The notes below the pieces were generated by a model. It had not been told where the DNA came from. It ran no database searches and was given only the letters and a program-made list of their open reading frames with translations. Source: a virus (lineage: Duplodnaviria > Caudoviricetes). Taken from it: 25,301 nt of DNA. Below, piece after piece: positions 17,147 through 25,199 of the stretch. Position numbers and translations under genes: made by a program. Within the stretch, counting starts at the first letter, position 1. Every line of letters begins with the position of its first letter. Location of the stretch: positions 1 through 25,301 of the IMG/VR virus record IMGVR_UViG_3300023257_000103. One strand, given 5' to 3'.

Positions 17147-17377
17147 TTAAGTCCTCTCATCTTTATACAGAATATTATAGTTTGGAAATGCTATTAACAA
17201 CTGTATTGGTTCTTGTTGGTGATAAATTCTCAGATATGGTGGACACTGTTTATTCACAGGTTTCCAAATATCTTTTTGAATGTAACGAATCAACAGCTTT
17301 GGGTCTTTACTGTAAGCTATTACATCATCTACTTCTGTTGGATAAACATAATCACAGCAATCATCTATAGTTTTCAT
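17147..17377 (-). CDS. Hypothetical protein, 76 aa
   Basis: ATGA overlap with the upstream GIY-YIG stop. No recognisable motif. Confidence 0.5.
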   Translation of the reverse strand: MKTIDDCCDYVYPTEVDDVIAYSKDPKLLIRYIQKDIWKPVNKQCPPYLRIYHQQEPIQLLIAFPNYNILYKDERT

Positions 17378-17760
17378 TTTTTCCCCTTTAGTCTACAACC
17401 AATATAATTATTATACCAGTGTTTGTCAAATAATACTTCTAAATCAAACTGCATCTTAGCTTCATAGTAAGCACAGCCCCATTTAGTCTCACAATGTAAG
17501 AGTATTTCTCTTTCAAAGTTCTTCTTACCGTGCTTCTCTATATCTTCAAGTAGTTCTTTACTACTACCCCAATAGTTCTTCCAGTCTGTCTCAACTTTGA
17601 AGTGTCTCTTATTCTTTTTACCTTTAAGAGGTTTAAGTTTCTTATCTTTCCAAAGAAACTTTTTTCCAAGATATTGTCTACCATTTAGTGTATTTGTTAT
17701 ACAATAAACAAAGCCAAAGTATTTATCTAAGTCTTTCGGTACGTTTTTCCATTCACTCAT
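17374..17760 (-). CDS. GIY-YIG endonuclease (T4 Seg-like GIY-YIG domain only)
   Basis: GFVYCITNTLNGRQYLGKK...WKNYWGSS...NFEREIL...YYE...WYN. ATG 17760 is the likely start; 17769 is an alternative. Confidence 0.8.
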   Translation of the reverse strand: MSEWKNVPKDLDKYFGFVYCITNTLNGRQYLGKKFLWKDKKLKPLKGKKNKRHFKVETDWKNYWGSSKELLEDIEKHGKKNFEREILLHCETKWGCAYYEAKMQFDLEVLFDKHWYNNYIGCRLKGKK

Positions 17761-17884
17761 TTTCTTCATCTAATTCCTTTTTAGTTATTCCAAGTTCATC
17801 ATAGAGCCATTCATAACCTGCTTTAGTCAAACCTTCATCATCAACTAAGGCAGCTATTACTCTAATTACTTTTTTTCTAATCAT
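17753..17884 (-). CDS. Small hypothetical protein, 43 aa (MIRKKVIRVIAALVDDEGLTKAGYEWLYDELGITKKELDEENE), not in the ORF track
   Basis: ATGA overlap with the HNH stop at 17881. Its stop overlaps the GIY-YIG start and it fills the gap exactly. Confidence 0.55.
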   Translation of the reverse strand: MIRKKVIRVIAALVDDEGLTKAGYEWLYDELGITKKELDEENE

Positions 17885-18366
17885 CTTCTATGTAACCTCA
17901 TATGACATTTTTTACATAATGTCTGTCCATTTTTAACTACAAATACTAATTTTGGAAACAAAGATTTAAATTTCATATGGTGAGGATGTAATTCTCCACC
18001 TTTTTTATTACACAACTGACAAGTATATTTATCTCTTTTAAATACTTTAGTTCTCCAAATTTTCCATTTGTAACTTTTTCTAATTTTGTCACTTGGATAT
18101 TCTGTGCGTCCATCTTTCCAATTAGGATGTAATTTTCCTTTCATATATGGTCTTTGTTTTCCAGCACATCCAATATTAGGTTTCCCTTTTTTAAAATTCC
18201 AATAACATTTAATACAACAAAAGTGGTGTTTAATTTTAAAGTCTGTACGATTAATATGACATTTTAATCTTTTAAATTTTATACCACAATTATCACATTT
18301 AATAGTTAATGTAGCGTTTTTCGACTTAGTTCTAGCCGATTTTTGCTTACAAGTAAGTTCTGCCAT
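17881..18366 (-). CDS. HNH endonuclease with Zn finger and NUMOD-like 'HPNWKDG' motif
   Basis: CDNC...FCCIKC, then WRTKVFKRDKYTCQLC...LHPHHM...NGQTLCKKCH. Confidence 0.88.
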   Translation of the reverse strand: MAELTCKQKSARTKSKNATLTIKCDNCGIKFKRLKCHINRTDFKIKHHFCCIKCYWNFKKGKPNIGCAGKQRPYMKGKLHPNWKDGRTEYPSDKIRKSYKWKIWRTKVFKRDKYTCQLCNKKGGELHPHHMKFKSLFPKLVFVVKNGQTLCKKCHMRLHRR

Positions 18367-19141
18367 TTGAAATCATACCCTGCCAACGCCAATTGCAAAC
18401 TCCCCAAGAACATTCATATTTCTTTTTCCATGTTGACCATAGTCTTGGTATAGCTGTTCTATTTGTACCTTCAAGTACATACCACTTACCATCACACTTA
18501 GCTACTCCCCAAGCATGCCCGCCTCTGTTGTTCTTATCTAAGTCATTATTTTTATAGAACCACCCAGCTGCTACGAATACTTCATCTTCATTCCAACCAG
18601 CCATTCCAAGTGCGCTTGTAATAGCAATTCCGCCTGAATCATCACAATCTCCTTTACCAAACATTAAAATATCTGTAATAGGTCTCCAATTATCAGTCTT
18701 ATCATATTCGTATGTAATCATACCTGTAATAAGTCTCATAATCTTCTTCATATTATCAAATGTTTTTTCTACATTAAGTAAGTTGTTTTTCTTAAGTAAT
18801 TCATATAGTAAAGTCGATTTATCAAAGCAGTATTGTGGTTTTGTAAACAGTTTTGTAATATCTAAGTTCTTACTAACAAATCTTCTTCTTGGTTTATAAC
18901 TCATATAGCCTTTAAGCCAAGATGGTTTAGTGATTGTTGGTTTTGGTACAGGTACTAATAGTTGTAATGCTTTCTTCTCATCATTCAACTTAGCAACAAT
19001 CTCAGCCATATCTATATTTACATTATTACTAGCTTCTAATTCATTTAGTAAAAGTTCTATACGTTGTATGTAATCATCATTATCACTTTGTTGTACGTTT
19101 AACAGTAGGCTTTCTAGCCAATTTTTTAGTTTTTTTAACAT
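18347..19141 (-). CDS. Transglutaminase-like cysteine protease with an N-terminal coiled coil
   Basis: ITYEYD...W...GKGDCDD (Cys), GGHAWGV (His), GKWYVLEGT (acidic residue): a transglutaminase-fold triad. Confidence 0.8.
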   Translation of the reverse strand: MLKKLKNWLESLLLNVQQSDNDDYIQRIELLLNELEASNNVNIDMAEIVAKLNDEKKALQLLVPVPKPTITKPSWLKGYMSYKPRRRFVSKNLDITKLFTKPQYCFDKSTLLYELLKKNNLLNVEKTFDNMKKIMRLITGMITYEYDKTDNWRPITDILMFGKGDCDDSGGIAITSALGMAGWNEDEVFVAAGWFYKNNDLDKNNRGGHAWGVAKCDGKWYVLEGTNRTAIPRLWSTWKKKYECSWGVCNWRWQGMISNGRTYL

Positions 19142-19325
19142 TATTCTTCTCCTTTAATATGTTAACATCCATAGTTGAAAATACTAATTGTTTAACATAA
19201 GTTCTTTCTTTATAAATCTCGTTGAGCCATCCGACTAGAACTACAGTTTCTTTGTTGGGGTTAATATCCTCAACAAAGTCCACAAGTTCGTGCCAACTAC
19301 TAATAGTTCTAATTTTTTCTTTCAT
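19083..19325 (-). CDS. Hypothetical protein, 80 aa
   Basis: Co-oriented in the operon. Its basic tail overlaps the protease start by 59 nt. Confidence 0.5.
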   Translation of the reverse strand: MKEKIRTISSWHELVDFVEDINPNKETVVLVGWLNEIYKERTYVKQLVFSTMDVNILKEKNNVKKTKKLARKPTVKRTTK

Positions 19326-19329
19326 TTTA

Positions 19330-19599
19330 TCATCCTAGATAACTTGTATCTACATTTTGTGTTTTTTGTGGTGTCTTAAGTGCTTCCTCTCTCATAGCTT
19401 CTACTACGTCTTTAGGTAGTTCACTTATTGGCATCTTCATTGTCATAATCTTCTTAGCAAATTCTTCAGGTGTTGGAAAGTCTGATACTACAATCTCTAA
19501 ATCACGTATTCTACTATTTATATTTATATGATAAAATACGCCTATAGATATTATTACACCTGTTAGTGCTCCTATTATATAACCCATTATTGCATTCAT
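19330..19599 (-). CDS. Small single-pass membrane protein
   Basis: N-terminal AIMGYIIGALTGVIISIGVFY hydrophobic helix, tightly packed between its neighbours. Confidence 0.6.
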   Translation of the reverse strand: MNAIMGYIIGALTGVIISIGVFYHININSRIRDLEIVVSDFPTPEEFAKKIMTMKMPISELPKDVVEAMREEALKTPQKTQNVDTSYLG

Positions 19600-19600
19600 C

Positions 19601-20752
19601 TTATCCCTCTAATTCCAATGGTATAAGTATTGGATATGGTACATCATCTTCTAATACCATCAGTGTCTGCATTGGTACTGAGAATAAATTCAGTTTAAAT
19701 GCGTACTCACTTGCGTCAGCCATTGAACCATTTCTGACCAATATCTTTCCTTGGTCTGATTCTACACCAAATTCGTGTAAGTGACCAACTACTACAATAT
19801 CTCCTGTATCTAATCCATATTTACCACAGATTCCTCTAAATGCTCTAAGACCACTTGCTGTTTTAATCTGTGACCCCATATTATATCCATGACTTAATAT
19901 TATTGAACGACCATTGATTACAACTTCTCCTTCTTCTCCTCTGAAGTTTCTAATCATTACATCTTCACTATCAGTAAAGATTAACGCTAACATATCATAT
20001 ACAACGTTGTCCCAGTTATCTTCTTCTATATTTTTATAGTTTGTGATACCATGGTTTCCTCGTACATTATGCATTTCTACAGTGATACCATTTGCTACTA
20101 ACATCTTAATCATAGCTGATATAGACTTTACAACGTCTTGTACTTGCTCAACTGCTGCTTTCTCTACTCTGAATAGATGATTCTTAAAAATCATATCTCC
20201 ATCAACAAAGTCTCCAAGTCCTAAAATATATAGATGGTTATTTTGATTATTTTTTAGATGTTCTAAGACTTGTTCTCCAAGATATTCCATTCTCATTTGA
20301 GCAGCCTCAGTATCATATATTAACAAACCTTCTCTATTATGGATTAATTCTCCAAAATGTAAGTCTGATAATAGTAATACTGGTGTCTTCTCATTTTCAG
20401 TTGGTACTTTATCTTTGAATTTAGTCTTTTTATTCTTCGTATTCTTGACACCATCTAAAAAGTCTGTTATCTTATAAAAGTCATCAATAGCTTTCAGTTT
20501 CTCAGATATTCCACTCTTTATATCTAATGGTCTACGATAGCTTGATGGTGGTTTATACATTAAAAATGTATTAGCGCCTTCTCTCATTCTATCTATCTTA
20601 TAACCGAGTTGTTTTAACTCAGATACTCTCCCTCTAATACCATCATAACTTAAGCCAGTTATCTCTGATATATCGTCATATGTTAATGCTTCTTCTTCGT
20701 TTAATGTGTCCAATACTAACTGTTGGCTCTTACTTAGTTTGTTTTTTTTCAT
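19601..20752 (-). CDS. Winged-HTH + calcineurin-like metallophosphoesterase (Mre11/DP1-superfamily nuclease-like)
   Basis: GGTGA at 20759-20763. LTYDDISEITGLSYDGIRGRVSELKQLGY wHTH. All five motifs present: SDLH, GDFVDG, GNHG, SHG, GHLH. Confidence 0.85.
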   Translation of the reverse strand: MKKNKLSKSQQLVLDTLNEEEALTYDDISEITGLSYDGIRGRVSELKQLGYKIDRMREGANTFLMYKPPSSYRRPLDIKSGISEKLKAIDDFYKITDFLDGVKNTKNKKTKFKDKVPTENEKTPVLLLSDLHFGELIHNREGLLIYDTEAAQMRMEYLGEQVLEHLKNNQNNHLYILGLGDFVDGDMIFKNHLFRVEKAAVEQVQDVVKSISAMIKMLVANGITVEMHNVRGNHGITNYKNIEEDNWDNVVYDMLALIFTDSEDVMIRNFRGEEGEVVINGRSIILSHGYNMGSQIKTASGLRAFRGICGKYGLDTGDIVVVGHLHEFGVESDQGKILVRNGSMADASEYAFKLNLFSVPMQTLMVLEDDVPYPILIPLELEG

Positions 20753-20970
20753 TTTTTATCACCTTGTGATTTTAGTGTTGATACTAATCTACTCATTTCT
20801 TCTTCAAGTCTCTTAACCATAGCTTTGTATGGTGCTAATTCACTTCCAGCTCTCTCAGCCATTTTTTTAAAGCTACTTTGTTGTTTAAACATAAAATCGT
20901 TGTCTTTCTTTAATCTCTTGTTTTCTGTCTCAAGTCTTTTTACTTCTGTCTCCAAATCTGTCTTGTTCAT
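20749..20970 (-). CDS. Small coiled-coil protein
   Basis: Heptad pattern LETEVKRLETENKRLKKDN. ATGA overlaps on both sides. Confidence 0.6.
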   Translation of the reverse strand: MNKTDLETEVKRLETENKRLKKDNDFMFKQQSSFKKMAERAGSELAPYKAMVKRLEEEMSRLVSTLKSQGDKK

Positions 20971-21617
20971 TCTTTTTTAACCTCTTTAAATTCTTCCAAC
21001 TGTTCTCGAGTATTATTCTTCTTTCCATAAATTTTATGAAATTTAAAATGAAGTTCTTTTGTTATAGTAAATCCATTATTAATATCTAATCGTTTTTCTT
21101 TATTTGTTGAAAAACTTTCAATATGATGAGCTACTAATAAACCACTAATTTGACCACTTAATTGACAAGTATATTTATCACGCTTAAAAACTGAAGTTCT
21201 CCATTTTTTATAATCTATAGATTTTCTAATTCCATAATTTTTAGCAGTAACACCACCTTTCCAAGCTGGATTTAAGTTTCCAGTCATTAGTTTAGATTTT
21301 AGTTGTCTAGTTTTTTCTGTAACTATTCTTTTTCTGTTATTTTTCACAATATTGTCACAGAATTCTCTTGAGTGTTTTTTTCCTCTATTTGAATTACCTA
21401 TTTTCTTTTTATGTTCTTCAGAGAGTTTTCTGTTACTAAGAGACTTACTTCTTTTTAATATAGTAGTAGATGATTGTTTACTACCAATTAAAGAGTTATA
21501 ATAACATTCATTTGAACAATATTTTCTATTATGACATTCGTATGTCTCAAATATCTTTTTACATATTGTACATTGTTTATTTATTTTCAATTTTCTTAAT
21601 GATAACGTAATCACCAT
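20967..21617 (-). CDS. NUMOD3 + HNH homing-type endonuclease
   Basis: CTIC..YCSNEC; NUMOD3-like repeats (RKLSEEHKKKIG, GKKHSREF, VTEKTRQLKS); NPAWKGG; RDKYTCQL...AHHI...NG...H..FH. Confidence 0.85.
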   Translation of the reverse strand: MVITLSLRKLKINKQCTICKKIFETYECHNRKYCSNECYYNSLIGSKQSSTTILKRSKSLSNRKLSEEHKKKIGNSNRGKKHSREFCDNIVKNNRKRIVTEKTRQLKSKLMTGNLNPAWKGGVTAKNYGIRKSIDYKKWRTSVFKRDKYTCQLSGQISGLLVAHHIESFSTNKEKRLDINNGFTITKELHFKFHKIYGKKNNTREQLEEFKEVKKE

Positions 21618-21699
21618 CTTTTATATCACTATTTCTAGGTATAGTTACAAGTTTCTGATTGTTTCCCTTGTTTCTCCATACTTTTTGGATTATGTCCAT
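21577..21699 (-). CDS. AbrB/SpoVT/MazE-like swapped-hairpin DNA-binding mini-protein, 40 aa, not in the ORF track
   Basis: MDIIQKVWRNKGNNQKLVTIPRNSDIKDGDYVIIKKIENK has the KV...LVTIP...I..GD.V signature. RBS GGGTGA at 21705-21710 and its own promoter. Confidence 0.7.
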   Translation of the reverse strand: MDIIQKVWRNKGNNQKLVTIPRNSDIKDGDYVIIKKIENK

Positions 21700-21729
21700 T
21701 TCTTTCACCCTAATATTATATAATATTAC

Positions 21730-21750
21730 TTCAACTATTTAAATCTTTCG
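21730..21750 (-). promoter_or_regulatory. BRE+TATA promoter (CGAAAGATTTAAATAGTTGAA)
   Basis: Fourth copy of the shared motif. It lies in the last codons of the upstream gene, ahead of the AbrB-like gene. Confidence 0.7.
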
Positions 21751-22789
21751 TTTTTTTCTTCTCGGAATCGATAAAATCTTGCACAGGCTCTAACAAATGT
21801 GCTAATGGTTCATCTGTTGTGTAGATGAATCTCTTTACTTCTTCAAGACTTGGACAGTCGTATTTATCAATATTGTTTCTAATATAATTCCATTGTGTTG
21901 AACAATTACCTGTTTTTACATGTTCTCGTTCTTCATCTCCCAATACAGCATAGTATATAAATCTAGCGTCTTTTGGAGAGTGTACAGATAATAAAAATCT
22001 AGATATTAAGAATCTATTATAATTACCTTTGTGTTGTAGATTCATAATTCTCTTCATTGGTTTTGGATATATAGTGTATATCTCATCAAAGTATGGTATT
22101 GGATTGTCTAGTTTCATATGTTTTGCTTCACTAATGAAATCAGGATTAATTTCTCTTGCCCAATACTTCATATCTAAAACATTAAGTCGTGTGTCGTTAA
22201 TCTGACACTTAAGACTATTTTTTAGTATGTGTTTATATCCATCTTTTAAGTTGATATGTATTGATGAATATCCAGTCTTCTTGTTTATTGAACCAATTGA
22301 TATTTCTGTTTCTTGTATAACTATATTTAGACTGGCAAAGTCATAATCTGGACTCTGTCCTTTCTTCATCTTACCAATGTTACTTAAATGTTGGACTAAT
22401 ATCTTATAAAAGTTCTTTGTTCCACCATATCTTGTAATTGTTGTATGTGATTTTGAACTATTACTTGGTATGATAGCGTATGCTTTCAAATACAATCCAT
22501 CATATATCCAATTAAATATGTATGGATATACTGCTTCAATAGCTCTAGCTTCTTCTAAAGAGTATAACAATAGTTGTAGTGGGTTCTTAACATATAAGTT
22601 ATTATCAGGGTCTATTTTGTATACAAATAACATACTATCGTCTTTGTTTGTTGTACTTCTATGTATCTCATTATCTATTAAATTCTCTGATAGTGCTTCT
22701 TCTAATATTTTTCCACGACTCTCGTCATATCTAACCATATAGTAATTTGCACCTGCACAAAATTTTTTAATAATATCTAGTCTATTCAT
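21731..22789 (-). CDS. PriS-PriL fusion-like primase homolog, apparently catalytically degenerate
   Basis: GGTGA at 22794-22798. IGSINKKTGYSSIHI resembles the AEP 'P.S.N.KTG' motif, while the motif I/II positions read MLFVYKID and WIYDGLYLKAY. The C-terminal YPKPMKRIM..HKGNYNRFLISRFL...QWNYI...YDCPSL resembles the PriL C-terminal domain. Confidence 0.5.
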   Translation of the reverse strand: MNRLDIIKKFCAGANYYMVRYDESRGKILEEALSENLIDNEIHRSTTNKDDSMLFVYKIDPDNNLYVKNPLQLLLYSLEEARAIEAVYPYIFNWIYDGLYLKAYAIIPSNSSKSHTTITRYGGTKNFYKILVQHLSNIGKMKKGQSPDYDFASLNIVIQETEISIGSINKKTGYSSIHINLKDGYKHILKNSLKCQINDTRLNVLDMKYWAREINPDFISEAKHMKLDNPIPYFDEIYTIYPKPMKRIMNLQHKGNYNRFLISRFLLSVHSPKDARFIYYAVLGDEEREHVKTGNCSTQWNYIRNNIDKYDCPSLEEVKRFIYTTDEPLAHLLEPVQDFIDSEKKKTKDLNS

Positions 22790-22797
22790 TGTCTCAC

Positions 22798-25173
22798 CTA
22801 TAGAGTTTGTTGTCTTGCGTCTATCTTTGGAAATTCACCGAAACCACTAGCAAGCAGTATAGCTTCTAGTTTGTTTCTAATAATTTTCTCAATCATTGTA
22901 TCATAATCTATTTGAAATTTTGCTGGAATATCTTCTTCAAACGCTAATATCTTTGTGTTTGGATATCCTGGTGGTACTTTCTTAATATAAATCCATTTTG
23001 GTTTACTACCTTGATTAAAGTTTTTTCCAAGATATTTATTTGCATATCTTGCTCCTGTGATAACAGGTGGTGTACCAGTCTTTCTTCTCTTTCCAGTCTC
23101 TTCATCAATAACCATTCTACCGTATGTTGCTAATGGTTGAGAGATTCCTTTTGGAAATGCTATGTCTTCTGTTGGTATCTTCTTTGTTCTGATATTATTA
23201 TCTAATTCTTTTAGTATATCAACTATTTCTTGTTTTCTTATACCATTTAGTATTTTACCAACAATCTCTGTTTGTATCTTCTTAGATATTCTTGGCGTAT
23301 CACTTCTTACTGTCTCAAAGCCTGTGAATTTAACATCATTTGTTACCTTCTTCTTGTCTTCCCATAATAATATATAAGCATACTTCTTTTTTGCTCCTTC
23401 ATTACTATCTTTTTTACCAACAAATAATAACTTCTTGAATATCTTCTCAAACTCCATTTCTAATGTACAATCATCTGAACCATACGTCTCTACAAATTCT
23501 GTATATGACTTATTAATATTCTTCACAAGTCCACTACCTTCTTTTAATAGAGCAAATAATGAAGATGTCTTTGGTGTTACATATACTGAATCAGTATCTC
23601 CATAGATAACAGTATATTCCATATCGTTAAGTACTTTCTTTGTCCATTGGATTATAGCAACTCCCCACTCTGTAATAGCTTCAGCTACTTCTTTTTTATA
23701 AAGTCTTGAGCCTGGATAACCAAGATAACCATAGAAACTATTCATCAGTACTTTTACTGAGTACTGTTTATAATGGTTTAGTTTTCTTTCAGCTTCATTG
23801 TTTGCTTGGTCTGCTATCCACATCTTCTTTTTATAAATCTTTCGTTCTCCTTCAAGCTCTCTCATAATCTGAGACATTAAACCAATACCTTTATTAAATC
23901 CAATACCTTCTTTAAGTTGTATATCGCCTTCAGGATTGAAAGTTTCAAATCCAACGTTAAATGTTTTAATAATATTTGGATATAGTGCTTTTAAATCAAG
24001 TGCTAATACGTTATCATATAGTCCTGGAGTTGGTGGAAATACATATGCTCCTTTGTATTTCTCTGAACTTCTCTTGTCTTTACTTGGTAATACATATTTA
24101 TTATGTGCTATTCTAAGTAAATAACCATCAACTAATGATGTTGTTTGATATATTTGGTCTAATAATGCAAACGATTTTGCTCTAATGTAATCATAAAATT
24201 CTATTATCTCTAGTTTCTCTAAGATGTCTATAACTAATTCAGTATCTCTTAAGTTATATTTAAGTAATTCGTTTGGATTTTTAACCCACATGTCGTGGAA
24301 GTTATCTTCGTGTTGTATCTTACCAACACCTAATACATTTTGACCAGTGAATTCTAATGAATAACTTTCTGCTCTTCCTTGATTTGACATCTTTCTGAAA
24401 TGTTTATAAGCTTCCATTCCATCAATGATTATTCTACCACGAATCTTAATATCCCAAACATCATCTCCCATTCTCTCATTCTTTTCACAGAATACTTGTC
24501 CCATTGGAGACATAGCATGATAGTTAATATCTGTTTTCTTTATTCTATTTATAAGATAAGCCAAGTCGAAGTCTCTCACATTCCAACCAGTTAATACGTC
24601 TGGGTCTAATTTGTTAATAAGAGCTACTATTCCCTGTAGTAATTGTTCTTCATTAACAAATACTTTGGTAATATCATCTACTTCAATATCTACTTTACAA
24701 TCTGGACTTTTAAATATGTACTTTCTTTTAAAGCCTCTATTATCTGCAAACGCACAAGAAATAATTGCTTGGTCTGGGTCATCAACGTTTGGAAATGTAC
24801 TAACACTGTCTGTTTCTATATCAAGTGATAGTGTGTGTAATTTATATGTTTCAACTTCTCCCAATACATCTATTATGTATCTTTGTGGAAATGGAACATC
24901 TGCTTCGTAATGTTTCTCGAATAATTTTCTGACACCATACATGTCTTTTGAACGTTGTATGAATATCTTCTTTACTTTATTATTAAACAAGTCTTTATGA
25001 CCTGTCTCTACTCCTGTTATTCTATAATCATCAGGAATAGCTTCACTATCATCTACATAAAAATAAGGTTTAAAATCTTTCACAATCTTAACATGTTTCT
25101 TATTTTTAGAATCTCTATAGAATATGTTAAGTTCAGAGTGTTTATCTTTATGACTAGTTTCAATTAAAAACAT
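22798..25173 (-). CDS. polB: Family B DNA polymerase, archaeal (B3-like) type, no intein
   Basis: GGTGA at 25181-25185. N-terminal KPYFYV and YEADVPF; ExoI LDIET, ExoII GWNVRDFD, ExoIII YNLRD; motif A DLKALYP, motif B KVLMNSFYG, motif C YGDTDS, KKKY; ends QQTL. Confidence 0.96.
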   Translation of the reverse strand: MFLIETSHKDKHSELNIFYRDSKNKKHVKIVKDFKPYFYVDDSEAIPDDYRITGVETGHKDLFNNKVKKIFIQRSKDMYGVRKLFEKHYEADVPFPQRYIIDVLGEVETYKLHTLSLDIETDSVSTFPNVDDPDQAIISCAFADNRGFKRKYIFKSPDCKVDIEVDDITKVFVNEEQLLQGIVALINKLDPDVLTGWNVRDFDLAYLINRIKKTDINYHAMSPMGQVFCEKNERMGDDVWDIKIRGRIIIDGMEAYKHFRKMSNQGRAESYSLEFTGQNVLGVGKIQHEDNFHDMWVKNPNELLKYNLRDTELVIDILEKLEIIEFYDYIRAKSFALLDQIYQTTSLVDGYLLRIAHNKYVLPSKDKRSSEKYKGAYVFPPTPGLYDNVLALDLKALYPNIIKTFNVGFETFNPEGDIQLKEGIGFNKGIGLMSQIMRELEGERKIYKKKMWIADQANNEAERKLNHYKQYSVKVLMNSFYGYLGYPGSRLYKKEVAEAITEWGVAIIQWTKKVLNDMEYTVIYGDTDSVYVTPKTSSLFALLKEGSGLVKNINKSYTEFVETYGSDDCTLEMEFEKIFKKLLFVGKKDSNEGAKKKYAYILLWEDKKKVTNDVKFTGFETVRSDTPRISKKIQTEIVGKILNGIRKQEIVDILKELDNNIRTKKIPTEDIAFPKGISQPLATYGRMVIDEETGKRRKTGTPPVITGARYANKYLGKNFNQGSKPKWIYIKKVPPGYPNTKILAFEEDIPAKFQIDYDTMIEKIIRNKLEAILLASGFGEFPKIDARQQTL

Positions 25174-25199
25174 ATTTGTCTCACCAATTTTTGTTAAGT

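Noticed and set aside
14870-25167. Plus-strand ORFs over the replication arm (e.g. 14870-15079, 15995-16207, 19566-19784, 22470-22742, 24611-24910)
   Set aside because: Antisense to strongly supported - strand genes, with composition typical of shadow frames.
22798-25173. Intein or split in PolB
   Set aside because: Length is normal (791 aa), all motifs are contiguous, and there are no intein splice motifs.
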